Part shown: in pieces, positions 14,853-25,827 of the stretch | Numbering within the stretch: position 1 is the stretch's first letter | Layout: every line of letters begins with the position of its first letter | Assembly: GCA_958009085.1 (NCBI GenBank) | Contig: OY253686.1 | Location: 558,001-622,000, forward strand | Origin: Protoeuglena noctilucae | Taxonomy: Eukaryota | Direction of reading: 5' to 3' | Length of the DNA: 64,000 bases | The notes under the pieces: model-generated | Databases searched by the model: none | What the model saw: the letters and a program-made list of their open reading frames with translations, nothing else | What the model was told of the DNA's origin: nothing | Program-made: the position numbers and the translations under genes

Positions 14853-15341
14853 TGCTCACGATGGCCGCGCCCGCCGGGCGCGCAGAGCGCGGCCGCAGCT
14901 TCTCCACCGCGCCCAGGGCGAGAAGCGGACTGACGCGGTAGTGCGCCCGCAGCACATCTCTTCGCGTTGTTTCAACACCCCTGCTACAAACATGGCACTG
15001 ACGCAGCAAGTTTCCCTGTGTCCCTATCGCATTCCTATGTCGCATGGCAGAATCACATCCCCGACGACGCCTGGTACAGCTCCCTGTGCCTTTGGCGAAG
15101 CGCAGAGGCAGCGTGCGGGAGCCTCGCAGTGCCCGGGAGACTCCACGCGAACGGCAGCCTGCGACACAGCATGTACAAATTGCAAGGGTCACAATCCTCG
15201 TTGCGCGCATTGCTTGACATAGCCATGTGCTCAAAGCTCGTGTGTTCTTGTCACTGCACACATGGTCAGCAGAATTACCCGCACACGCTGCGGCTCATCT
15301 CGACTTGCCCACACCACGACAGCACCGTCACCCCCCCAACC

Positions 15342-17098
15342 TCACCTCGTCTGCGTGTTCGCGTCGGAGTCCCGATACATCCGCCCGCGGCCCCCTCCGA
15401 TCCCCGCATACGCAGCCCCGTCCGCATCGCTCGACATCGCCCGCCCCAGCCCGGTCGGGTCCAACAAACACGACAGCCCTGCGCCCAGTTGCTTGAACAC
15501 CGCAAAGCATGCACCAATCAGCACGACCAGCTCCAAAGTCATCCACTGGCCGAGGCTGCGGGGGCATGGGAGGAAGGAAAGCGGTTAATCGGGTGATCCC
15601 GTAATGAGCGTACCTCAGCCCACTACACTGCCGGCTACGTTGCTCCCAGCCCCCTGGTTGCTAATAGAACCCATACTATATACGTTACATACAGCAACAT
15701 AGCATCACCACACAGCCCCGCCCCTCAAACTCACCCCCCCGGGAACTGCAGGATGCCGATGGCCCCGACGTACAGCATGCACGACGTGACAGCCGCATGA
15801 AACAGCAGGGTCGCCAGGCGGGCCGGGTTCCGGAAATGCGTCTCCCAGACAGTCTCGAAGGTCGGGGAGGGCCGCGGGGGCCTGTCACCCCTCTGCAGGG
15901 GTGAGGGAAGGGGGAGCGGTGGGGAGGCATGCAAGGGGTGGGGTAGGGTGGGTCCACGAGCGCACTGCAGGGACCGCCTGCCAGCATAGCCATGGGCGTC
16001 GCCGACCAGCCACGCTCGTGCCATCCCTCCCACACATGTTGCGCCCTGGTTGCGCTCCCTCACAGCAATGCGTGCCCCCTGCCCCGCATCACTCTCACCT
16101 GGTACTGCGTGACGAAATCGTGGCAATGGCCGAGGAAGGCCGCCTCCGGCTCCTGCGACACCAGCTTCTGGCACATGAGCTGCATGCCGGTGGCGATGTG
16201 CATGCTCAGCCCCATTGCGAGGATCGAGAATGTCGCGCCCGCCATCACCGCCACGCCGTACATGATCTGCTGCCACTGCAAATGCGCAGAGGAGGTAGCA
16301 ACATCGCATAGATAGTTTGTGTACAACATGGCTCAGCAAGCGACGGCCAGCTTTGCTAATGGCAGCCCATGGTCGTCATAGGTGTGGGTTCATTGGTATC
16401 GGCATCGCAGCAGACAGCGACTAGCTCCGGGCGGTGTCTCACCATCGGGGCGGTCGTGGGGACCTGGTACTGCATCGTGCCAGTGGTGGTGAACCCGGCA
16501 AGCAAGGCCGACAGACGAGAGATGAGCATCAGGCCCAACACGCGCTCCTTCACGAGCGTCTCCGTGCGGTCCACGAAACGCAGCCACAGGTACCGGGCGT
16601 TATCCAAAGCGCGCTGCTCTGCGAATGTTACGAATTATGTGACGCGTTCAGGAGCCCGCCAGCCGCGGCGGGACGCGCGCCGCGCAGGACGGGGCACGAC
16701 GCACCGACTTCCGCTTCCCACCACTGCTCCGACAGCGTGTGGATCCGGCGCTGGCGATCCCGCCAATTCAGATCCTCTTTACGCCTGCGAGCGCGGCATC
16801 CTCGCGGTCCGCGAGTCCCCGGCGCGACGCGGGTGGGCAGCATTGTCCACAAGGCAGGCCACGCAGCGCCGGGGCAGCAACCGCGCTATCCGCTTCCCAC
16901 GCGGGACACACCATTTCCTCTCCTCCTCCCAGAATCTCCTCTCGACATAATCGCCAAAAGCTGCGGGGAACGGCGCATATGTAAAAGCGCAGCCCACGCT
17001 CCTCTCTCTGCGCTCCATGCACGACGCACGCCTCTCTTACCCTCCTGGACAGCTCTGCCACTGGACAGGTCGGAAAATGGCCCCCATGGTCCCGGCAT
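15342..17098 (-). CDS. Orai/CRAC-channel-like four-TM protein, paralog B (Q at the selectivity-filter position)
   Basis: TM1 ISRLSALLAGFTTTGTMQYQVP aligns with human Orai1 [21 protein letters not shown]. It is preceded by EQRALDNARYLWLRFVDRTETLVKERV. Later exons: WQQIMYGVAVMAG..., RGDRPPRPSPTFETVWETHFRN..., and a last exon ending at the stop at 15342. Confidence 0.8.
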
Positions 17099-17310
17099 CG
17101 TCCCGGAATCGCGGACAACAGCGCAGTGGAGCTACATGGCCCCTTCGCCTGCCTGGGTGGCTCTCGCTTTCTTCGCAAGCTCCCAATCTCAACCTTGACA
17201 CGCAAACTAGCCAGCAGACCTAGTGCTGCCCGCACAAATGCATCCAGCGATGGCCCATTCCTGCGCAGGCTGCAGCACAGTAACTCTAACAACAACAACC
17301 ATGCCCCCCA

Positions 17311-19832
17311 TCACGGCTGCGAGTCTCTCCATCCGACGATCTCCGCCCGACCAGGGGACTGCGTCGATGCGGACGGCGCCCGCCAGTCCTCCCTACTCCG
17401 CCTCCCCATCGCACCTATGCCAGTCCCACCCCCACCACCTCCGGTTTCACTCCCACTCCCACCACCGTCCATTGCTCCATCCATCCCCCGCCCGGCCCCC
17501 GACACCGCCGCACCCCTCGCCCCGCCCCCATCCCCACCACCCACCCCTGCACCACTCCTATGCCCACCGCCCACCCCAGCCACCCTCTCCCTCGACACCC
17601 CAGCCGTCTCCGTTTCTCCCAAACCATCCAGCCCCGCCCCCTCTCGGAAACTCGTCCGCAGGCTAGTCACGCTCCCACTCCTGGCAGTGCGGAGCGTGGT
17701 GAGGGGGCTGGGTCGGTCCAGCCGCCCACCGGCATCGCTACCATCGCCATCGTTATCGCCATCGCCTCTCTCGCGGTACCCCTCGTCTCCGTCCAGGTAT
17801 GCGTCCGGCTTGAATGGCTCGTGGGGGTTGCGCGTGAGGTGCCAGTCATAGGGGAAGCCCCTGGGGTGGGGATAGGGGGGGTGAGGGTAGTGGTGGGGGT
17901 CGTGTGTGAGTTGTGGGGGTGCGTGGGGTTGTGTGGGGGTGAGTGGGGATGGTGAGGGTCGAGGGGATAACGACGGGCGATGAGAAGCTAGAGAGGGAGA
18001 AAGGTGGGTGCGCACCTGATCTCTGGCACGCCCTCCTGCTCACAGCCTACCCTCCTCACCTGATCTCAGGCACGCCCTCCTGCTCCCTGCCTAACTCGCG
18101 CTCCAGCACCGTGGAGATGTCCCTGGTCAGCAGCAGCCGCACCAATCGGAAGTGGCGCACGGCCATGACGACATATGCCACAAACAGCACGATCTCCATG
18201 TAGATCCACTCGTGGATGCTGGGGACAAGGCAGGCATGGATTGTGAGAACTATGACTTACAATTAAAAACAAGAAGATGACCGTCGTCTGTTTGATTCAA
18301 TCACTCATAACTCGCAGTCCGCCCCGCCTCGCCTGTTGGGGAACTTGATGGCGGCGATGAGCCCCAGCATGGCGAAGCAGCAGGGGATGCCGGCCATGAA
18401 GAGCAGCAGCGCGCGGTTCCAGTCTCGCTCGAACGACGTCGCCCACATCTTGTCAAAGGTGCGGGCGGGGCGGGGAGGGGCCACCGCGGCACCTGCCTGC
18501 GTGGAGGAGAGGCGGGGTGTGGCGCGTCGATCGCGACGACTATCAGTTGCCGATCGAGCTACGCAATGGTACTTGGTAAGTACCATTGCCATTATAAGGT
18601 GATAATGGCAATTAAGCACAGCGAAGACAGTCGGCAATTGGGTCCTCACCAACTCCACCCCTACTAACCCCCCTCTCCCCCACCACCCCCACTCCTCACC
18701 AGGTCGACCCCCCCCGTCCCCTTCTCCTTCGCCAGCGCCTCCTCCGCCAGCACTGCATCGTGCTGTGCTGCGTACTCCAGGCAAGCGTCGATGAACGCTG
18801 ACTCCGCCACCTCGTCCGTCAAATCCCTCCCCACACGTAGCACGCTCGCGGCCATGAGTGAAGATATGAGCATGGAAAGCATGAAACACGTGATGGCCAT
18901 GGCCACGGTCGCAGCCAATGCGGACTTGAGGTTCTGAGGTGGGGGAGACGGGGGAGAGATGGGGGTGGAGGGAGTGGTTGGTGATGGCGGTAGTGACGGT
19001 GGGGAGAAGGGTGAAACGGATGGCAGGAGGGATTGGCGGCGCGGGGGATGGAGTGGAAGGGCAGGAAAGAGACGGTGCCCGCAGGCTTGGGAGAGGGGCG
19101 CAAGGGTGCGTGCCATGCATGCGCTGCAGATGGTTGCGGGCCGCTCACCGGCAGCGCGTCGGCGGGGATGCCAAACTCGACGAGTCCGACGATGGAGAAT
19201 CCGCCGAACAGCACGGCCGTCCCGGCGAACAAAGTCAGCAGCTCCACTTTCTCCTCAATCATCGTCCGCGTATGGTCCACGAAACGCTTCCATATGTGGC
19301 GCGCGTTGTCCAGCAACCTCTGCTCTGCGAAGTGAAATCGCGCGCAGAAACTCCGGCGATGCGGGCGCGCGGGGAACTGCAACAAATCGCACTTGCACCC
19401 TGCCGAGCTGCTCGCAGCGTCCTCACCCGCTTCCGCGTTCCGCCAGTTGCGCTCCAGATGAACTCTGCTGAGCTCGTTATCGCGCCACTCCAGGTCCTCG
19501 ACGCGCCTGCGAGTTTGGAAGCAAACATTTGCATCGTGGGCAGCTGCTCAGGCTTGAAGAGCGACGAAGGGCTCGCGGCAATGCGACCTGCCGCTCACCA
19601 GTGACGATTCTCAGCCATGCGACGCCGCTTGACCGCGATATTCAGGCCTGCGGGCGGCGTGGTTTGGGAACCGGGCTTGCCAAAGACAATTGTAAGCGAG
19701 ACAGGTGGACCCTGCACACCCCGGCCCCGGCCAAGTTGCGTCGGCGAGTCTTTCACACACTCTTAGTCTATCGACATCGGCCTCACCCTCGAAGAGGGCC
19801 TGCGCGGCCTCGGAAAGCACAACAAAACTCAT
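17311..19832 (-). CDS. Orai/CRAC-channel-like four-TM protein, paralog C (keeps the E selectivity-filter residue)
   Basis: MSFVVLSEAAQALFEG|LNIAVKRRRMAENRHW|RVEDLEWRDNELSRVHLERNWRNAEA|EQRLLDNARHIWKRFVDHTRTMIEEKVELLTLFAGTAVLFGGFSIVGLVEFGIP|TM2|PPRPARTFDKMWATSFERDWNRALLLFMAGIP|TM4|GFPYDWHL. Confidence 0.8.
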
Positions 19833-20220
19833 GGTGTCGCCCTCCGCCCGCTCCCCGCGCAGCTACGCGCCAGCCCAGCCCATCCCACGTGCGCGTGCAC
19901 GAGATGCCCGCAAGTCGCACTCGGGCGCCTATGTTCAGCAGAAAGAGCGTGTGAAAGGGCGGGAAACACTTGTCATCCTTTGTCAACGGTCGTTGTTCAG
20001 ACAGGCGATGCTGGACGCGGCAGTTCGCATGCGGGACGGCGAGAGCATGACACTCGCCGTAGCGCAGAGGTGAGGGTGGGCTGCAAATCCCCCAGCGGCT
20101 CGCACACCTGCGTTTCGACACCTGCGTTTCGGCGCTCGCACTGAAAGCACAGGCCAGCGGCCTGCAGCACTCGCAGGCCCATGCAGGTAGCGCAGATGAT
20201 TGCGGGTGCCTTGCGGCACG

Positions 20221-21412
20221 ATGCTTGCCGCCATTCTGCTCGCTGCGCTCGCTGCGTTTGCGTTGGCCGGGAGGATCCTTCCCCCGGGGAGCACTCCCGA
20301 TGGCGTTGACAGCTGCGCCCATGGAGACCTGCGCTTGGCTCTCCAAATTCCACAAGGCGACATGACGTTCGCGCTGTGGCCCGACGTAGCGCCTAAAACC
20401 GTTGCCCACATCGTCGCGCTGGCCTCCATGGGCGCCTACGACACTAATCACATATTCCGGGTCGAGAAGGGCTTCGTTGCGCAAATCGCCGACGTCGTGG
20501 GCGGGCGGGAGCGCCCGTTGCACCGCGCGCAGCGGGCCGCGAAACACGTCCCCGCGGAATTCACAACCCGCTACTCCCACCAGGCGAGGGCGATGCGATG
20601 CTATGAGTGCTTACGAAGCATGCGCTGCACTGGAGCACGCGCTGGACTGCAGTGGCTGCAACGTCGCCCCTCCGCAGCGCGGCACGCTTTCCATGGCCCG
20701 CTTCGACGACCCGGACAGCGGCACGTCGTCTTTCAGCATTCTTCTGGGCAACGCGACTCATTTAAACAGCAAGTACACCATTTTCGGCGCCATGTTGGAC
20801 GGGGACGACGTGCTTGACAAGGCAAGCAATGAATTGACGATGGCGATGACAATGGCGCCGTGCATAGGCCCAGCGTGCATGTGCATCTCAGCATGCGTTC
20901 ATAGCACCCATCCCTGCTCATGAAGGTGGCTCATAGAGAGAGAGCGTGTCATGACAAGCGTATCTCCAGCTCGTCGATCAACCCTTGCCCCTTCCACAAC
21001 CACACGCACGCAGGTTGAGAGGGTGGAGGTCGTGGAGGGACCCTGGCACAACGGCATGAAAACGCCCAAGGATCGAATCCCGATCCTCTCGGCCTTCACA
21101 TACCGGGACCCCGAGTGCCCGCCAATCGTCACGCCCGCACCCCACGATGCACGAGATTCCATCATTGCGCCAGTCCAGCCGGTGTTGCCGGTGGCTATTC
21201 CCCCAATGCAGGGGAGTGTGGGGGGCAGTGGCTACGATGCCGCTGCACATGCGAGGCGTGGGGAGGCGAGCCCAGCGCACGTGTCGCTGTGTGCTGTGGC
21301 CGGGGCCACTCCGGCAGACGTCGATGTGCTTCTGAAACGGATCAACGCGCAGGCGTTGCTGCTGGAGACGCTGCGGGACAAGTGCCCCGCTCTCCTTCTC
21401 GACGCGTCGTAG
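20221..21412 (+). CDS. CYP23: Cyclophilin-type peptidyl-prolyl isomerase, CYP23-like, with signal peptide; 3 exons
   Basis: MLAAILLAALAAFALAG signal, then VAPKTVAHI, HIFRVEKGFVAQIADV and HQ|RGTLSMARFDDPDSGTSSFSILLGNATHLNSKYTIFG. Both introns (20584-20677, 20822-21013) have GC donors. Confidence 0.9.
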
Positions 21413-21829
21413 GCGCATTGTCGCTCAGTCTCGCAGATGGTAGTGCGGTGCCACGCATAGACCACGTCGATGGGTTAGTCGAACTAACATTGGTCTCTTT
21501 CAGCGCATGGCATGTAGCATCGCCATGCGTCCTGCTACCCTACCCTCTGCCATTGCGTCGCTGTGACTGGGTTTTAAGTCCCGGCATTATTGCGTGCCAC
21601 GTACGTATTCTTATCGTGGCGCGTTCTTAGCAGCTTGTGCCCGCGCACCCCATTCGGTGTTATAGTTGAATCGATATCGCTTTCAACAAACCTTGTGGGC
21701 CCCACGCGCCCCAACATCATCCGTCCAACCGCCCTCACGGCACCATCCCATTCCCCACCACCAAGTCACGCCTGTCGACACCCCTACCCCTTGCTTCCTC
21801 CAAAACCCTTCCCCGTCTCTCACCGCCCT

Positions 21830-24719
21830 TCACCGCCCCTCCTCAGTCGCCGCCCCGGGGGTGTCCCACACAAACACGCCGCCCTCCTCCCCCACAGAAA
21901 CCACCCGCGACCGGTCGGGGGCCACGAGGACGCGCGTGACGGTGCCAGAGTGGCCCTGGCCCTTGTGAGTGCACGTGCCGTCATCGTAGTGCCACACCCG
22001 CACCAACTTGTCCCCGCCGCCCGTCACGAGCAACACGCCCTGGGCGTCCGTGCAGATGCTGGTGACTTCGGAGGAGTCGGAACCGTCGATGATGCGGATG
22101 GGCTGGCCGTCGAAGTTGTCCCAGTACGTGACCTTGCGGTCCGTGCCGCACGTGACGAGCTGCGAGTCGTCGGGGTGGTACGCCACGCCACGGAAGACCG
22201 TGTTGGCCTGCAGCGCGATGCGGCGCTTCATGGTGGCCAGGTCCCAGATGATGCAGGAGCCGTCGGCGGCCGCGGACGCGCACTCTTCGTCGCTCGAGTT
22301 GCGCATGGCGATGGACATGACCGCGCCCTTGTGCTCCTTCATCGAAGCCACCAGCGAGCGCTTGTCCTTGCCCAGGGACCACACCCTGGGGATAGGATGG
22401 GGGGGTTGTGGGGGGGTGGTGGTGGATCGATGAAAGCGTGATGTGGCGTGATGTGTTGTGTTGGGCAAAAAACAGCAGGAACAGGTCGCATGAGGAATAT
22501 AATGCAGTGAGTCCCGTAGCGATGCGTTGCACCATCTCAGCACCCACTCCCCAGTGCACCCACTGCCCACTCACCGCACGTTGCCCACCCTCACTCCACA
22601 CCAACCCACCGCCGTAGCTCACCTCACGGTGCCCTCCTCCCCCCCGCTGATGGCGAACTTGGAGTCGGAGGTGCTGGTGATGGCACTGACGCCCTTGGTG
22701 TGAGCATCGTGGATGGTCCAGAGCAAACGCCCCGTCTGGGGACCGAAGGCCCGGATGCGGCCGTCGGACCATCCCGACAGGAGGAGCTTGCCGTCGTCGG
22801 TGAAGGCCACACACTTGCAGTCCAGGTTGGGCACCACGATGCGCAGGAGCTCGCGGCACGTGTCGAGGTGCCAGATGCGGATCTCCTCGGTGGCCGCTGC
22901 GGGTGGGGAAAGGTGGGATGCGGTGGGGGTGGAGATGGCAGATGGGCCGACCATGACCGATGCGAAGACAGATGCAATATAACAACGCAGGTAGGATCTG
23001 CAGTCATTTACGTAACTATGATGCGATTCTTTGTCGCTGTAGGTAGGCTCTACTGTTGCCGTCAAGCGTCTCATCCAACGTGCCCTCACCGGTGGCAAAG
23101 CACTCCGAGTACTCGTAGGGGAAGGCCAGGTCGTTGATGGGGCCGCGGTGGGCCGTCTGCACGATCTCGCTGGCCATCTTGCCGGAGGCGCTGTCGACCA
23201 CCATGCGGTAGATGTCCGAGGAGGCGCACCCGACAAACACCGTGTACCGCCGGCCGTCCCAGCTGCCCGCGTCCACGGCGAGCGAGGTGATGGGCGAGGA
23301 CCCGACCTGCTCCGCGCTCTTGATCGGGATCTTGGAGCCCCGGGCGCCGTCGTCGTCCGCCCCCGCCGCGATGCACAGCAGCCCCGTGCCCCCGCCCACC
23401 AGGAGCGACCCGTCGGGGGCGGTGGCCATCGTCTGCGCCCCCAGCTCGATCAGGCCCTTCGCGGGACCCTGCTTCTGCATCAACTTCATCGCCAGGGACA
23501 CGCGCATGATGTCGCCTGCGGGCACAGAAGCACACGGTGACACCGTATGGGGGTGGCTTGGGGTGGCTTGGTGCAGTGGGTAGCTGGTGCCACTCTGCAG
23601 CATGCCTGTCCCGACTCACTCCCTTGCACAGCACCAGTGCCGTGGCCAACAGCATCGGGTAAACGTGTATCAGACACCAATTTCCCACCACCGCCCCTCA
23701 CCGGTCTTGGAGCCCACGTAGGCGAAGGTGTCGGTGTCATCGACTGTGACGGACAGGAACACGCGGGAGAGGGAGCCCAGGTTGACCGGGTGCGGCCGGA
23801 GCTTGTTGTTGACCTCGTCGTACTCCCACACGCACAGGTTGTAGTTGCCGCACGTGATCATGTGCATGGGCGAGCGCGCGAAGTAGCGCAGGTTGAGCGT
23901 GAAGTCGTTGCTGGTCGGCGAGCCGCACAGCGCCTGGCCCGTCGCCACGTCCCAGAGAACGAGGGAGTTGTCGTCCTGGCCGCCGAGAGACGCGAGGAAC
24001 CGGGGCTGGCCGATGGTGGCGTCATCGGGGGAGAAGGCCAGCGCCTGAACCTTCACCTTGTGCAGGCTCATCTGCGGGGGGAAGCAGACGCGTGCTTATC
24101 TGCCACTGCTGGCACAGACTCGTTTGAGGGGTTTTGTCAAGCGGTATGAGTCAGTCTTAGTACGACTGAGTGACGCTAAGCGACACACTGCGTGCGATGG
24201 CACTGTCGACCCAGCGCTGTGCTGCGCTGCCAGGGCTGGGTGACAGGCCCGCGCCGCCCCACCTTGTGCACGATTTCGAGCGTCTCGAGGTCCCAGAGGA
24301 TGATGGGCGCGGTGAAGCCCGTGTAGGTGACCTGGCCGGACGCGAGGTACTTGCCGCTACGGGACAGCGCCACGCACGACACCTGCGAGGGTGCCATAGG
24401 GGCACGAAGTTTGCGAACTGTGATTGGCATTGTTCATTGTTATGGCTGTTATGTTCAGTGGAGCCAGTGGAGAGCTGCAGGGCGTCGCAGGGGCTAAGGT
24501 TGACGAGGGCCGACATGCAGCAGGGTGCGTCTGTGTGTCCCTCACCTTGTCGGAGTGGCCCCTGAGGAACTTCTGGTCCGAGGGATCGTCACGACGGCGC
24601 ACGACGATCGTGGAACCGAGGGGGTAGATGACGTGGATGCCATCGGGGTGGCAGATGAGGCCGTCGGGGACGTCACCCGCAAAGCCTATCACCGAGCACA
24701 GGCCGAGTTCGTGCGACAT
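21830..24719 (-). CDS. CFAP52: Cilia- and flagella-associated WD40 protein 52 (FAP52/WDR16), 6 exons
   Basis: LCSVIGFAGDVPDGLICHPDGIHVIYPLGSTIVVR, FLRGHSDKVSCVALSRSGKYLASGQ, LASLGGQDDNSLVLWD, ELLRIVVPNLDC, SGWSDGRIRAFGPQTGRLL, QLVTCGTDRKVTYWD. Confidence 0.93.
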
Positions 24720-25827
24720 GGCCGCCCGCCGTCAGCGCCGATGCCCGAAAGGGCGGCGAGGGGCTGCGAGACAGCGCTGCGGGGGGATTGAGGGCCGCGG
24801 GTGAGCGAGGGGAGGGGCGGAAGACTGGGCCCGCGAATGTCGTGATGGCATGGCTCGGAAGGGGCGACGCACGGTGCGCGTGGGCACGACGACTGAGTTG
24901 ACATTGCATTTGACGTACTGAGGCAGCGCGCGGCGGGGCGGGGCAGGCGAGCGCTGGCCCACCTCGGCAGATGCAACACGCGGAGGGTGCCACCGACTCT
25001 CGCTTAACCGCGCCAGGTACGCTCTGCACGTGGAAGGCGTATGGATTAGTGAGCACTCGGACAGCGATGCGGGCGACGGTCTGGCGAACCCCCAGGCGCG
25101 GGAACATGGCCCCGCGATGGCGCGGCATGTCATGGCCAGGACTGCCCAGGATGGGCACGCAACGCAGGTAACACCACCGCATTCACTCAATGCATAGACA
25201 AATGTCAGCGTGGGTCAGTCAAGACGCCCCGGGGCCCTGCCCTCAGTCCCTCGCGGGCCTCAAAAAAATGAAAGCGGCACTAGGGGGGGGGCATCTCCTG
25301 TGCCACTACCGTGAGACATGTGCTCGTGAAATAAACATCGTCAGCCAAGCATCTCACCGCGGGGTGGGGATTTGCGACCCGAGCGTCGGACCGGCGCCAG
25401 CTAGACGCGCAAAACTCGATGGGGATGATTGCCTCGCACCAGCAGCGGTAATTTGCGACGTATGGAGCGCTGGGCAGAGCACTGGGCGAGACATCGAGCG
25501 CCCGAAAGTCGTGTGTCGTCGCCAGCGAGCTTGTTTCGCTGGATGCGGCCGTCATAAGGAGAGCTGCCGTCCGTTGGCGGGCGCTGTTTGCATCTCTGCG
25601 ACGCGATGAAGGCGAAAAACAAGGGTGCACCGCCCAAGTCGGCCAAGGCCGCCAGGTACCGCGCACGGCAGGCGTCTGCATCCCGGGGAGGCCGGCGGAT
25701 GCTTGACGGGCTAGTATATACACTCCCAACGTTTCTTTTGCTATCATTCTAGCTTTCCAGCTCATCACGGCTTGCGCAATTGAGCGGTGCACGCCAGGGG
25801 CTCCCTCGGGCTGCAGCCCTGCACGTC

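Noticed and set aside
24720..25827. 1.1-kb spacer with short ORFs, possible small gene or mobile element
   Set aside because: No terminal repeats, target-site duplications or protein motifs found. Treated as a divergent promoter and UTR region.
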